Shown in pieces: positions 9,049 to 18,684 of a DNA stretch of 64,000 nt. Origin of the DNA: an uncultured bacterium (GTDB lineage: Bacteria; Patescibacteriota; Minisyncoccia; Phycocordibacterales; GCA-2401445); the NCBI GenBank assembly GCA_937952265.1, contig CALFYW010000016.1, forward strand, positions 13,086-77,085, read 5' to 3'. The notes beneath the pieces were generated by a model. The model did not search any database, was not told the origin of the DNA, and saw only the letters and a program-made list of their open reading frames with translations. The position numbers and the translations under genes are program-made. Numbering within the stretch: the stretch's first letter is position 1; every line of letters starts with the position of its first letter.

Positions 9049-10950
9049 CTATGATGTAGTTGAGTCATTGGATTCATCCTCTTTCTTCTTTTCTTCATAA
9101 TCGACATCTCTCGCTTTCTGTTCATCTGCTTTTCCTTCTTCCTTTTTTCCTTCTTGACTCATAGAGGCGCCGATTTTCTGTAGTGCTTGAGAAAGAGCCT
9201 CGGTTGATTTCTTTATCGTGTCAGTATCCTCCCCATCTTTTACCGCCTTCAACGCCCCAATAGCGTCTTCTACTTGTTTTTTAATATCTGCCCCAACCTT
9301 ATCTCCGTTATCTCGAAGTGCTTTCTCCGAGGTATAAATGAGCTGTTCTGCGATATTCCTGCTTTCAGCGAGCGCTTTCTTCTTTTCATCCTCTGCGCTG
9401 TGAACTTCTGCGTCTTTCTGCATTCGTTCGATGTCATCGCTCGAGAGGCCAGAGCTTGCTTCAATCCGAATCGACTGCTCTTTTCCAGTTGTTTTATCTT
9501 TTGCGCTCACTTGTAAAATACCATTCGCATCAACATCAAAAGTCACTTCAACTTGTGGTGTGCCTCTTGGTGCAGGAGGAATTCCATCAAGGATAAACTT
9601 TCCGAGGCTTTTATTATCTCCCGCCATGGCACGTTCTCCTTGTACCACGTGTATCTCTACTGAGGTTTGATTGTCGGAAGCAGTAGAAAATACCTGGGTT
9701 CGAGAACTTGGAACCGTCGTATTCTTCTCAATTAACTTAGTGGCAACTCCTCCCATTGTTTCAATGCCGAGTGAGAGTGGAATAACATCAAGCAGAAGGA
9801 TATCCTTTACATCACCTGAGATAACACCCCCCTGAATCGCCGCGCCAAGCGCAACAACTTCATCAGGGTTAATTGACCGATTTGGTTCTTTCCCAAAGAG
9901 CGCCTTCACCGCCTCAATAATTTTCGGCATGCGTGTCTGACCTCCCACCAAAATTACTTCGTCAATATCTTTAATCTCAAATGGGGATGCTTCAATAGCG
10001 CGTTTCGTGATACTAATTGCCCGATCAATATACTCTTCCGCAAGCTCCTCTAAGGTAGAACGTCTCATGGTGATCAAAAGGTGGCGCGGACCACTTGCAT
10101 CAGAAGTGATGAAGGGAATATTGATCTCTGTTTCAGTAGTCGTTGAAAGTTCAAGTTTTGCTTTTTCCGCTGCTTCATCAAGTCGCTGTAATGCCAAGGG
10201 GTCATTCCGCACATCAATACCACTATCGCGCTTGAACTCGTTCGCGATCCAGTCTACAATCTTTCGATCAATATCGCGTCCTCCAAGATGGCTATCACCG
10301 TCAGTTGATTTTACTTCAACCACATCATCACCCACTTCAAGGACGGAGATATCAAAGGTACCTCCCCCAAAGTCGAATACTGCGATTTGTTCGTTTTTCT
10401 TTTTGTTAAATCCGTATGCGAGTGCCGCAGCAGTAGGTTCATTGATAATTCGCTTTACTTCTAATCCCGCGATCTTTCCCGCATCTTTTGTTGCTTGGCG
10501 TTGCGAATCATTAAAATATGCAGGTACAGTAATAATTGCTTCCGTGATCTTTTCTCCCAATTTTGCCTCTGCGTCCTGCTTCATTTTTTGAAGGATCATG
10601 GCTGATACCTCCTCAGGGCGATACTCTTTATTTTCTAGCACCACCGAGACCCCACCGTTTGGTGATTTTTTAATTTCATAAGGAACTGAAGATTTATCTT
10701 TGGTAACTCCCTCATCATCAAATGTGTGCCCGATAAAACGTTTGATACCATACACCGTGTTTTTCGGATTGGTAACTGCTTGCCGTTTTGCCAAAAGACC
10801 AACAAGACGTTCTCCTGTCTTAGAAATTGCGACAATAGAAGGAGTGGTTCGAGCACCCTCCGCGTTTTCAATAATACAGGGTTCCCCACCTTCAATAATT
10901 GCCATTGCGGAATTAGTAGTTCCAAGATCAATACCTAGTATTTTTGCCAT
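9049..10950 (-). CDS. dnaK: Chaperone DnaK (Hsp70)
   Basis: IDLGTTNS and DFGGGTFD Hsp70 signatures. 633 aa. Confidence 0.95.
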   Translation of the reverse strand: MAKILGIDLGTTNSAMAIIEGGEPCIIENAEGARTTPSIVAISKTGERLVGLLAKRQAVTNPKNTVYGIKRFIGHTFDDEGVTKDKSSVPYEIKKSPNGGVSVVLENKEYRPEEVSAMILQKMKQDAEAKLGEKITEAIITVPAYFNDSQRQATKDAGKIAGLEVKRIINEPTAAALAYGFNKKKNEQIAVFDFGGGTFDISVLEVGDDVVEVKSTDGDSHLGGRDIDRKIVDWIANEFKRDSGIDVRNDPLALQRLDEAAEKAKLELSTTTETEINIPFITSDASGPRHLLITMRRSTLEELAEEYIDRAISITKRAIEASPFEIKDIDEVILVGGQTRMPKIIEAVKALFGKEPNRSINPDEVVALGAAIQGGVISGDVKDILLLDVIPLSLGIETMGGVATKLIEKNTTVPSSRTQVFSTASDNQTSVEIHVVQGERAMAGDNKSLGKFILDGIPPAPRGTPQVEVTFDVDANGILQVSAKDKTTGKEQSIRIEASSGLSSDDIERMQKDAEVHSAEDEKKKALAESRNIAEQLIYTSEKALRDNGDKVGADIKKQVEDAIGALKAVKDGEDTDTIKKSTEALSQALQKIGASMSQEGKKEEGKADEQKARDVDYEEKKKEDESNDSTTS

Positions 10951-10969
10951 AAAAATAAAAAATTAATTA

Positions 10970-11545
10970 CTAATGCCTCTGATAAACAAACACTTTAACG
11001 GAAGCTGGACGTACCACATGGCCGTTTAAAATATACCCTTTCGAAATTCGTTCCGCGATTAACCCATCCTGCTTTTCATCTCCAGGTAATGCCTCCAAAG
11101 AATGGTGCTGTAATGGATCAAATGTGTCACCAGGCTCAGGTTTTATCTCTGATAACGTGTAATTCTCGAGTGTCGTCTTTAATTTAGTATGTATATATTC
11201 AACCCCCTGTCGCCACACCTGATCCACCGCGCTCCACGACTTATTGCCTATCGCCATCTCAAAGCTATCGAGCACCGGAAGCAAATCTAAAATTATTTTT
11301 TCAGTAATACGATTTTTTTCAGATTTTTTTTCTTCTTCAGCACGTCGACGAGCATTAACGAAATCAGCTTGACTACGTTGCCACCCATCGAGATATTCCT
11401 GTTTCTGTGCTTCGCTTTGAGCGAGCTTCTTTTTAAGTTTCTTTATTTGCTCCTCTTCGCTATTCTCGGCATACTCAACATCATGAGACTCAACAACGTC
11501 GTATTCCTCTTGAGATTCTGTTTTCTTATTGTGATCTTTTTTCAT
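10970..11545 (-). CDS. grpE: Nucleotide exchange factor GrpE
   Basis: GrpE C-terminal region. Upstream of dnaK in the classical order. Confidence 0.8.
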   Translation of the reverse strand: MKKDHNKKTESQEEYDVVESHDVEYAENSEEEQIKKLKKKLAQSEAQKQEYLDGWQRSQADFVNARRRAEEEKKSEKNRITEKIILDLLPVLDSFEMAIGNKSWSAVDQVWRQGVEYIHTKLKTTLENYTLSEIKPEPGDTFDPLQHHSLEALPGDEKQDGLIAERISKGYILNGHVVRPASVKVFVYQRH

Positions 11546-11622
11546 ACTACGTGCTTATCTTAGCAGAAAATTCCCATAAGTATATACCACGGGTACCGTG
11601 ACAAAATTCCTCACCCAACCTT

Positions 11623-12027
11623 TTAACGTTTTGACCACTGGGAACTCTTTCTTGCCTTCTTGTGACCGAATTTTCTTCGCTCTTTTGAACGCTGGTCTCT
11701 TGTAAGAAAACCTTTTACTTTCAACTCCCGACGAAGGGTGTGTTCGTGTTTGACGAGCGCACGTGAGATTCCGTGACGAAGCGCCACAGCCTGTGCTGAA
11801 ATTCCACCACCTTTAATTAAAGCTGTGATCTTAAACTTGCCACCTTCAGTGACCTCAAGCGGAGCAAGGACAATTCGCTGGAGATTCTTATTGGGAAAAT
11901 AAACCGAAAGTTCTCTCTCATTTATTGAAATAGCTCTTCGGCCACTCGGTGTAATTCGAACTCGAGCAACCGCGCTTTTACGACGTCCGGTTCCTTCAAT
12001 ATACTTTTCTTTTGATGCCGTGTTCAT
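11623..12027 (-). CDS. rpsI: 30S ribosomal protein S9
   Basis: GGGISAQAVALRHGISRAL motif and basic C-terminus. Confidence 0.85.
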   Translation of the reverse strand: MNTASKEKYIEGTGRRKSAVARVRITPSGRRAISINERELSVYFPNKNLQRIVLAPLEVTEGGKFKITALIKGGGISAQAVALRHGISRALVKHEHTLRRELKVKGFLTRDQRSKERRKFGHKKARKSSQWSKR

Positions 12028-12032
12028 AATAA

Positions 12033-12380
12033 CTATTCAGAAATAATCAAATTTTTAATCATAAGAAAGCGAAGCTTGTTGCGTGGAAGCATTCCCATTA
12101 CTGCATCACGGATAATAACCCCATTCCCTTTATTCTCAACTCGCTTTTGGAGACTCTCTTTCTTAAGGCCCCCTGGATAACCAGAGAAACGAGTGTATAT
12201 TTTTTGTTTTGCTTTTTTAGGAAAAATATCAAGTTTTCCCGCATTAGTCACATGAACAGAGACTTGGGGAACTCGATTTCTTCGAAAGTGAGGCTCATTT
12301 TTCCCCATCAAAAAGACCGCCGCCTCTGACGCAATACGACCCAATCTTTTTCCATCCGCATTAATAGTGTGTTTTTCCAT
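12033..12380 (-). CDS. rplM: 50S ribosomal protein L13 (short)
   Basis: LGRIASEAA and YTRFSGYPGGLK motifs. Confidence 0.75.
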   Translation of the reverse strand: MEKHTINADGKRLGRIASEAAVFLMGKNEPHFRRNRVPQVSVHVTNAGKLDIFPKKAKQKIYTRFSGYPGGLKKESLQKRVENKGNGVIIRDAVMGMLPRNKLRFLMIKNLIISE

Positions 12381-12391
12381 ACCTTTAGCAA

Positions 12392-12745
12392 TTATACAAA
12401 CTCAATGAACGCTCGAGCAATAGCTCCGTGTCCTTTTGGTGTCAATTTGATAATTCGAGTATATCCACCTTGTCGATCCTGATACTTAGGTGAGAGTGTG
12501 GTAAAAATCTTCTGCATTGCTTTATCATTTCCCCCGAGACGAGCCTTTACTAAACGTCGTCGCGCAACTGTATCAACTCTTCCCAGAGTTAAGAGTTTTT
12601 CAACAAAAGGACGTACTTCTTTTGCTTTCGCTTCGGTAGTTTGAATGCGCTCATGCGCGATCAATGAACGAGTTAAAGAACGCAACAGTGCAGTACGCTG
12701 TCGTGTTACCCGCCCCAATGTTCGTGTTCTTTTATGATGACGCAT
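12392..12745 (-). CDS. rplQ: 50S ribosomal protein L17
   Basis: MRHHKRTRTLGR N-terminus typical of L17. Confidence 0.85.
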   Translation of the reverse strand: MRHHKRTRTLGRVTRQRTALLRSLTRSLIAHERIQTTEAKAKEVRPFVEKLLTLGRVDTVARRRLVKARLGGNDKAMQKIFTTLSPKYQDRQGGYTRIIKLTPKGHGAIARAFIEFV

Positions 12746-12766
12746 GATGCTATTTCTACTTAATGA

Positions 12767-13747
12767 TTACTGTTTTAAAGAAACACCGAGTGCTGATAGC
12801 TTTTCTCGTATCTCTTCAACCCCTTTAGTGCCCATTCCCGGGATATCCAGAATATCATCTTCTCGTTTACGCACCAAACCACCGACTGTTCGAACATTCG
12901 CATTCGAAAGCGCGTTGAGAGTTCGAGATGAGAGATCCAAGGACTCGATACGAGTCTTTAAGATATCAGGATCTACTTCTTCATCTTTTGAGTCTTCGGT
13001 TCCTAACACAGCCTCTCCTTGTTTCTCTCGATACAGCTCTTCAACTCCATCTTCTTTAAATCCAACAATTGCTTTGAGTTGATTGATCATTGTGGCGATA
13101 GAATGCTCAAGTGCTTGACGAGGAGAAATGATTCCGTCTGTTTCAATAAAAATACGGAGGCGATTAAAATCAGTCCGATCTCCAACTCGCATATTTTCAA
13201 CTTCATAATTTACTCTACGGATAGGGGTAAATATTGCATCCAGTGTAATTGAACCAATTTCTGCGCGCTCTTTCTGTAATACCTCCTTAGGAATATAACC
13301 AATCCCTTTTTCAACACGAAGCTCCATAGAAAGCTCTGACTGCTTCTCGGTCAATGTTGCGATAGGTGCTTCAGGATTGAGAATTCGAACCTGACTTGGA
13401 ACCGTAAGATCTGAAGCCACCACCTCTTTTACTCCCTTTACAGTAAGTGAAATTGTCTGTGGTTCATCGGTAAGCAATTCAATTCGAATCTTCTTCAAAT
13501 TAAGGAGGATCATGATTACATCTTCTTTTACTCCACTGATCGTTGAAAACTCATGATCGACCCCGTCGATTTTTACCGAAGTAATCGCAGCACCAGGTAG
13601 TGATGAAAGGATGATACGGCGCAATGAGTTTCCAAGGGTGTGGCCGTATCCTGGATAAAGACCATCAACCTCATATACACCGGTATTCTCTTCTTCCCGA
13701 ACAACTTTCGGTTTTGATGGCAAAACAATAGTGTTGTAATCAGACAT
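12767..13747 (-). CDS. rpoA: DNA-directed RNA polymerase subunit alpha
   Basis: N-terminal dimerisation domain GNSLRRILLSSLPGAA; C-terminal domain present. Confidence 0.9.
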   Translation of the reverse strand: MSDYNTIVLPSKPKVVREEENTGVYEVDGLYPGYGHTLGNSLRRIILSSLPGAAITSVKIDGVDHEFSTISGVKEDVIMILLNLKKIRIELLTDEPQTISLTVKGVKEVVASDLTVPSQVRILNPEAPIATLTEKQSELSMELRVEKGIGYIPKEVLQKERAEIGSITLDAIFTPIRRVNYEVENMRVGDRTDFNRLRIFIETDGIISPRQALEHSIATMINQLKAIVGFKEDGVEELYREKQGEAVLGTEDSKDEEVDPDILKTRIESLDLSSRTLNALSNANVRTVGGLVRKREDDILDIPGMGTKGVEEIREKLSALGVSLKQ

Positions 13748-13829
13748 AAAAAAATAATGAAGGGCTATTGGTAAATAGGACTAAAATTATACCTTATTTT
13801 CAAATAATTGCAAGTCATACCTCATCTTA

Positions 13830-14450
13830 CTAACGGCTATAAAATTCAATTACTGCATTGAGGTCAAAAAGTGACTCACTCGGTACGTAATGAGGCATTC
13901 CCACTATTTTTCCCTCTTTCTTTTCATAGTCAAGAGAAAGCCACGATGGAATGGTCGCCTCTTTTAATCGCTCATTTAAATCACTGAAGACGGTCTTGTT
14001 CCGACTTCCCGCTCGAATACTTACGGTATCTCCAACACCGAGCGTGTGTGAAGGAATGGTTACCCGCTTCCCATTGACACACAAATGTCCGTGAGATGCC
14101 AGCTGACGAGCTGCGGCACGTGTTTTTGCTAAACCAAGTCTGAAACAAACATTATCAAGACGGCGTTCCATGTTCTGAAATAGTCCGTCAGCCGAATCAA
14201 CATGCTTCTTTGAAACTGCTTGAGCAACGTAGCGAGCAAACTGACGTTCACGAAGACCGTACATCAAACGCGCCTTTTGTTTCTCGTTAAGCTGGCCCGC
14301 GAAATCAGAAGCATTTCGGCGTGGTTTTCTACCACCTTGTTTTCGAGAGGTATTTCTGGTTTTTGCAATTGCAAATTTCTGAGTATCACATTTCTCAAAA
14401 ATATTTGCCCCGAGTCTCTTACAAATTTTGTATTTTTTTTGTACCATCAT
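13830..14450 (-). CDS. rpsD: 30S ribosomal protein S4
   Basis: S4 domain with RRLDNVCFRLG. Confidence 0.9.
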   Translation of the reverse strand: MMVQKKYKICKRLGANIFEKCDTQKFAIAKTRNTSRKQGGRKPRRNASDFAGQLNEKQKARLMYGLRERQFARYVAQAVSKKHVDSADGLFQNMERRLDNVCFRLGLAKTRAAARQLASHGHLCVNGKRVTIPSHTLGVGDTVSIRAGSRNKTVFSDLNERLKEATIPSWLSLDYEKKEGKIVGMPHYVPSESLFDLNAVIEFYSR

Positions 14451-14471
14451 ATGATTTAAATGACTATACCA

Positions 14472-14906
14472 CTAAACACGGCGTGGTTTTGGCGGGCGAG
14501 GACCATTATGGGGAACCGGGGTTCGGTCACTCACCGTAAGCAGATTAATGCCTCGGGATGCAAATGAGCGCAGTGCTGATTCCCGACCCGCACCAACTCC
14601 CTTGATTACTATTTTCGCTTCTTTCATACCAATAAGAGTGGCTTTATCCCCAATGAGTTCTCCAACTTTTGCAGCAGCAAAAGGAGTACCCTTTTTTGCC
14701 CCCTTAAATCCAAGCGCTCCAGTTGATGACCACGCAATTGCATTGCCCGAGGCATCTGTCAGCAATATCTTGGTGTTATTGTATGTTGAGTCAATATATA
14801 AAATTCCGGCCAGCACTTTCTTTTTTGGAACACGAGAAAGAGAGCGCTCTTTGAGGCTTGCGTCCATTTCTCCACCTGCTTTTCGTGCAATTTTTTTCTT
14901 ACCCAT
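14472..14906 (-). CDS. rpsK: 30S ribosomal protein S11
   Basis: C-terminal DRTPVPHNGPRPPKPRRV. Confidence 0.9.
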   Translation of the reverse strand: MGKKKIARKAGGEMDASLKERSLSRVPKKKVLAGILYIDSTYNNTKILLTDASGNAIAWSSTGALGFKGAKKGTPFAAAKVGELIGDKATLIGMKEAKIVIKGVGAGRESALRSFASRGINLLTVSDRTPVPHNGPRPPKPRRV

Positions 14907-14909
14907 ACG

Positions 14910-15290
14910 CTATTTCTTATCAACCTTCTTTTTACCTGATCCCATAGTCTTTCGTGTGTTACCTCTTACGGTTCGTGAGTTTGATTTGGTTCGTTGCCCA
15001 CGGCTTGGAAGCCGTCGGGAGTGGCGAGCGCCACGATAGCACTTTATATCCTTTAAACGTTTAATATTTGAGGAAATCTCGCGTTTCAAATCACCTTCAA
15101 CTGGACGAGATTCTACTTGTTCGCGAATCTTATTCTCCTCTTCATTTGAAAGTTCCCGCGCCTTCTTTCCGTGATCAATACCCACCGTATCGAGAATTTC
15201 TCGAGCACGAGAGCGGCCAACACCATAAAGCGCAGTGAGTGCGATCTCCATTCGTGCATTATCAGGAATCGTAATACCTAAAATTCTCAT
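14910..15290 (-). CDS. rpsM: 30S ribosomal protein S13
   Basis: MRILGI N-terminus and GxRHxxxLPxRGQRT motif. Confidence 0.9.
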   Translation of the reverse strand: MRILGITIPDNARMEIALTALYGVGRSRAREILDTVGIDHGKKARELSNEEENKIREQVESRPVEGDLKREISSNIKRLKDIKCYRGARHSRRLPSRGQRTKSNSRTVRGNTRKTMGSGKKKVDKK

Positions 15291-15293
15291 AAA

Positions 15294-15407
15294 TTAACCT
15301 TGTTTTTGTTTATGACGTGGGTTAGCACAGATAACATACAAAACTCCATGGCGACGAACCATCTTACATTTTGCACAGATTTTTTTTACTGATGCGCGTA
15401 CTTTCAT
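15294..15407 (-). CDS. rpmJ: 50S ribosomal protein L36
   Basis: [37 protein letters not shown], 37 aa. Start reassigned inside the 80-aa ORF. Confidence 0.8.
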   Translation of the reverse strand: MKVRASVKKICAKCKMVRRHGVLYVICANPRHKQKQG

Positions 15408-15420
15408 GCCTTCTTGGTTA

Positions 15421-15648
15421 TTACAACCGTTTGATGATTCTCGCTTTTCCTCCATAGTGGTCGAGTTCAACCAACACCTTATCTCCGACCAAAACACGGA
15501 TACGATGCATCCGCATCTTCCCTGAAAGATACGCAAGAACCTCCTTTTTTTCGTCCCCTACAGACATCGCGAGACGAAAAAGCGTGTTGGGTAACGCTTC
15601 AACTACTGTTCCAACAACGCCTGAATCCTTTTCTTTTTCGTATACCAT
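15421..15648 (-). CDS. infA: Translation initiation factor IF-1
   Basis: S1-like OB fold: [12 protein letters not shown] ... [10 protein letters not shown]. Confidence 0.85.
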   Translation of the reverse strand: MVYEKEKDSGVVGTVVEALPNTLFRLAMSVGDEKKEVLAYLSGKMRMHRIRVLVGDKVLVELDHYGGKARIIKRL

Positions 15649-15708
15649 CTAACGCTTATTAAGGAAGTTCACGTATATTAGCAGAAGTGAGGTGGGTTCG
15701 TCAATACA

Positions 15709-17031
15709 CTAACGGGTAATTTGTATCGTAATCCGTTCCGAACGTTGAGGAAAGCGATCTTTCCAAAACGGACGGATCACTATTTCAGCCCCTTCAATAC
15801 CGGGATAGCGTGATAAAATCGTGTCAATATCACTCTTGAGCTGGCCCGCGAGGTCCTCTTTGAGCCTCATCTCATCAAATGTCCATTCAATATGCGGGGT
15901 TCCTTGAAAATATATCGATAATTCTTGGGCCTCCCAGGGAGATGCTTGTTCGCGGTTTGGTATCGTAGCCTCAAGGTTCTCCAAATTAGTCACGATTACC
16001 TCCCCTCCATCAAAATCCGCAATGGTTTGCTCCGCAATATAATTACTCATATGAGCCCTATCAAAAATGACCGCATGCAACATCCCCCTTTCCCTTACCG
16101 TGAGATCTTTAGCACTTGAACTACTTTCATCTGGTACTATTGATTCAAACTCAATAAATATGCCGTCATCGTAGAGAATGAAATCATCTGGAACTTGTGT
16201 GCGCGCTTGAGCGGTCAAGGTCTCGGTCAGGCGCTCATGAAGGAGCGCTTTCGCCTCAACAATATCTGCTTCTTCTGCAACTGGACGTGATCCCACAAAT
16301 CCTCCGGTCATTCGAGTTTTCGACCGAGCGTAAAACCCATTATAACGAGGGTCACCTTTAAGCCCAGGGACCGTAAAGTCAGTGAGATCGATATTATACT
16401 CTTTTCCGGGAGCTTGAGCGGTCACGGCAACCTCGATACTCCCTGGTACTGATTTACCATTTTCATCAACACTTTTTCCTGGAACTGTAATTGAACGATT
16501 CCCTATCAAAAATATCTTTCCATCTGGTGTTTCAAAGCGAGTTCGTGGAACAAACTTTTGAGGAGAAGTGCTGAAATCATTATAGACGATGATTGTTCCA
16601 GAAGCATATTCAGCGACCTCTTCAACTCCTTCTGCGGGAATATCCATGCGATCTTCCTGAGTAATTGACATTACCTGATACGCAAGCCCTCCACCCGGAG
16701 CATTCTTTTGGGCTACAAAAGTACTATCGAGCACTGTGGGAAGATTTCGAACCGCAACCACCACCCTCGCTCCAGAGAAAAGTAGTGCTACGGAAAAAAT
16801 AAGAAAGAGTCCGGCAAGGACGACTAATATCCAAACGAGTACCGAAGGAAGTTTCCCTTTTCGGCCTTGCTGAACTTGACGCCCAGTATGACTCATTGGA
16901 CCACGCTCATCAGGAGGAAGATAGTCTGAATTTCGAGCTGGCATTGGGCCCCGCGCACGACCTTCAAGGGGAATATCACGAATACTGCGTCGTTCTGGGG
17001 GGACAACATCTTGTACCATTTTCTTCATCAT
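15709..17031 (-). CDS. Membrane-anchored hypothetical protein (single TM, large extracytoplasmic domain)
   Basis: A basic cytoplasmic N-terminus of about 60 aa, one TM helix, then about 360 aa of mixed domain. No known motif. Confidence 0.4.
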   Translation of the reverse strand: MMKKMVQDVVPPERRSIRDIPLEGRARGPMPARNSDYLPPDERGPMSHTGRQVQQGRKGKLPSVLVWILVVLAGLFLIFSVALLFSGARVVVAVRNLPTVLDSTFVAQKNAPGGGLAYQVMSITQEDRMDIPAEGVEEVAEYASGTIIVYNDFSTSPQKFVPRTRFETPDGKIFLIGNRSITVPGKSVDENGKSVPGSIEVAVTAQAPGKEYNIDLTDFTVPGLKGDPRYNGFYARSKTRMTGGFVGSRPVAEEADIVEAKALLHERLTETLTAQARTQVPDDFILYDDGIFIEFESIVPDESSSSAKDLTVRERGMLHAVIFDRAHMSNYIAEQTIADFDGGEVIVTNLENLEATIPNREQASPWEAQELSIYFQGTPHIEWTFDEMRLKEDLAGQLKSDIDTILSRYPGIEGAEIVIRPFWKDRFPQRSERITIQITR

Positions 17032-17107
17032 ACAAACAACATATTGTTACGTAGTTTTATCATATCACACCACTCAAAAATTTTCGAATTCAAACTCTAT
17101 CTAAATC

Positions 17108-18364
17108 TTACCTTAGACGATTGTTCAAAAAAAGTGTTTCAATCATAATAAACGGATCACGACGCACCCCTTTTGTAAAACCGAGGTAGGAAGCAAATAA
17201 CTGTTCTCCTAATAAATACACGTTAAATGTCAGATCACCGAAAACAACTTTATCAATACGATTCTTTTTAAAATAAGCTAACAACCAACGAAGCAGTTCC
17301 TCATCTAATGTAGCAAATACGGCGCGAGGAACGGATCCTACATGGCGATTTTTAATATCCGTAATAAAAGAGCCGAAAAAGGTATTAAACGAGGCAACTT
17401 CTTTTTCAAGAATTTTTTCAATACGCCCGATCACGCTCCGTTCAGCAGACCCACTTCCATATAAACGGAGTAAAGAAAGCGCGTGCTCTGGATCCATATG
17501 AAAAGCTTCAGCAACCCCACGTATAATACTATTTCTTCCAAGAGGAGTGGAAACTGTTTTCTCTAAAATACCACCTCGAACAACACTTAAATCGATTACC
17601 TCACCACTCACATCGAGAATGAGAAAATCGTCCACATTAATAAACAAATCTCGCACAAGCGTAAAGGCAATCAATGGGAAAGAGTGTATTCGTAGATTTT
17701 CAGTATGAAAATATTTGCTAATCGCATGTTCAACCCCTTGAATTACTTCTTGAGAAGCGAGGCTCAGAAAAGCGGTAGCCTCTACTGATTTTGTCTTTCG
17801 ATCAAACGGCTCAGCTGTTTGATACCCATTTAACTTCATTGAGATAGTCGTACTGTCAATAATATATCCCTCACTATTTGAAGCCCCTCTTCTCTCCTCT
17901 TTGAGGGCACTCTCCTGAAACCGCTTGACCTCTTGGACAAGTAGTGAGCGCAAAAGCTCGGGGGTAACCGTAAAATATTCTGGCTGTGTATACCGGACTA
18001 CGCGTGTTTGGGCACGATACCATGGCGATGTGAGGCTACAGAGTATATGCGATGGACGACTTCCGATCTCCCGCGCTGATTTGGTGCTTAACCCGTATTC
18101 AACTACCCCTCGTAATACCTCGCTGAGCGACGAGAGCATCGCGTGAAAAAAGGAGGACTGATTATCGTTGACACTCACGGTAATCGGGTGCCGTGTACTT
18201 GAAATAATCTGTGGAGCGCCTTCTCCATCAAGCAACACCAACGCCGCACCAACGCTCGCGCTTCCGATATCAATGACCAATCCAAGTTCTCGTCCAGAAC
18301 CCTTTCCAAAAAATCTCATACGTAAATAAATTGTACTATGTATCATACTGGAGGAGCAATCCAC
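17108..18364 (-). CDS. Actin-like ATPase (PilM/FtsA-like), hypothetical
   Basis: N-terminal LGLVIDIGSASVGAALV resembles the phosphate-1 motif of the ASKHA superfamily. Weak. Confidence 0.35.
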   Translation of the reverse strand: MDCSSSMIHSTIYLRMRFFGKGSGRELGLVIDIGSASVGAALVLLDGEGAPQIISSTRHPITVSVNDNQSSFFHAMLSSLSEVLRGVVEYGLSTKSAREIGSRPSHILCSLTSPWYRAQTRVVRYTQPEYFTVTPELLRSLLVQEVKRFQESALKEERRGASNSEGYIIDSTTISMKLNGYQTAEPFDRKTKSVEATAFLSLASQEVIQGVEHAISKYFHTENLRIHSFPLIAFTLVRDLFINVDDFLILDVSGEVIDLSVVRGGILEKTVSTPLGRNSIIRGVAEAFHMDPEHALSLLRLYGSGSAERSVIGRIEKILEKEVASFNTFFGSFITDIKNRHVGSVPRAVFATLDEELLRWLLAYFKKNRIDKVVFGDLTFNVYLLGEQLFASYLGFTKGVRRDPFIMIETLFLNNRLR

Positions 18365-18450
18365 ACATCGATCATTCAGAGAGCTTATTCTTGAAATGTA
18401 TTGACGAATGACCCCGACTAATCTAAGCTTATGTTCAGGAAAAAAACGCT

Positions 18451-18636
18451 ATGAAAATACCAATTAAAGATCTACCGGAAATGGTAGATTACCAAGTTGG
18501 TGAAGTAAGGCCGACTCGGTTTTCTTCCAACCGAACCTGTTCGGGTTGCGGAACCAAACTGAATCAGTATCACAAAGGAGCATTTTGCTACCATTGTGAT
18601 AAAGCGAGAACGGTGAAAGACACCTCTTTAAAATAG
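18451..18636 (+). CDS. Small zinc-ribbon protein
   Basis: CSGCG ... CYHCD pairs; 61 aa; followed by a terminator. Confidence 0.35.
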   Translation: MKIPIKDLPEMVDYQVGEVRPTRFSSNRTCSGCGTKLNQYHKGAFCYHCDKARTVKDTSLK

Positions 18637-18656
18637 CGTCGTATTGTAGCGAAATT

Positions 18657-18684
18657 ACCACCTCTTTTCAGAGGTGGTTTTTTA
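18657..18684 (+). terminator. Rho-independent terminator
   Basis: accacctct-tttca-gaggtggt followed by TTTTTT. Confidence 0.6.
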
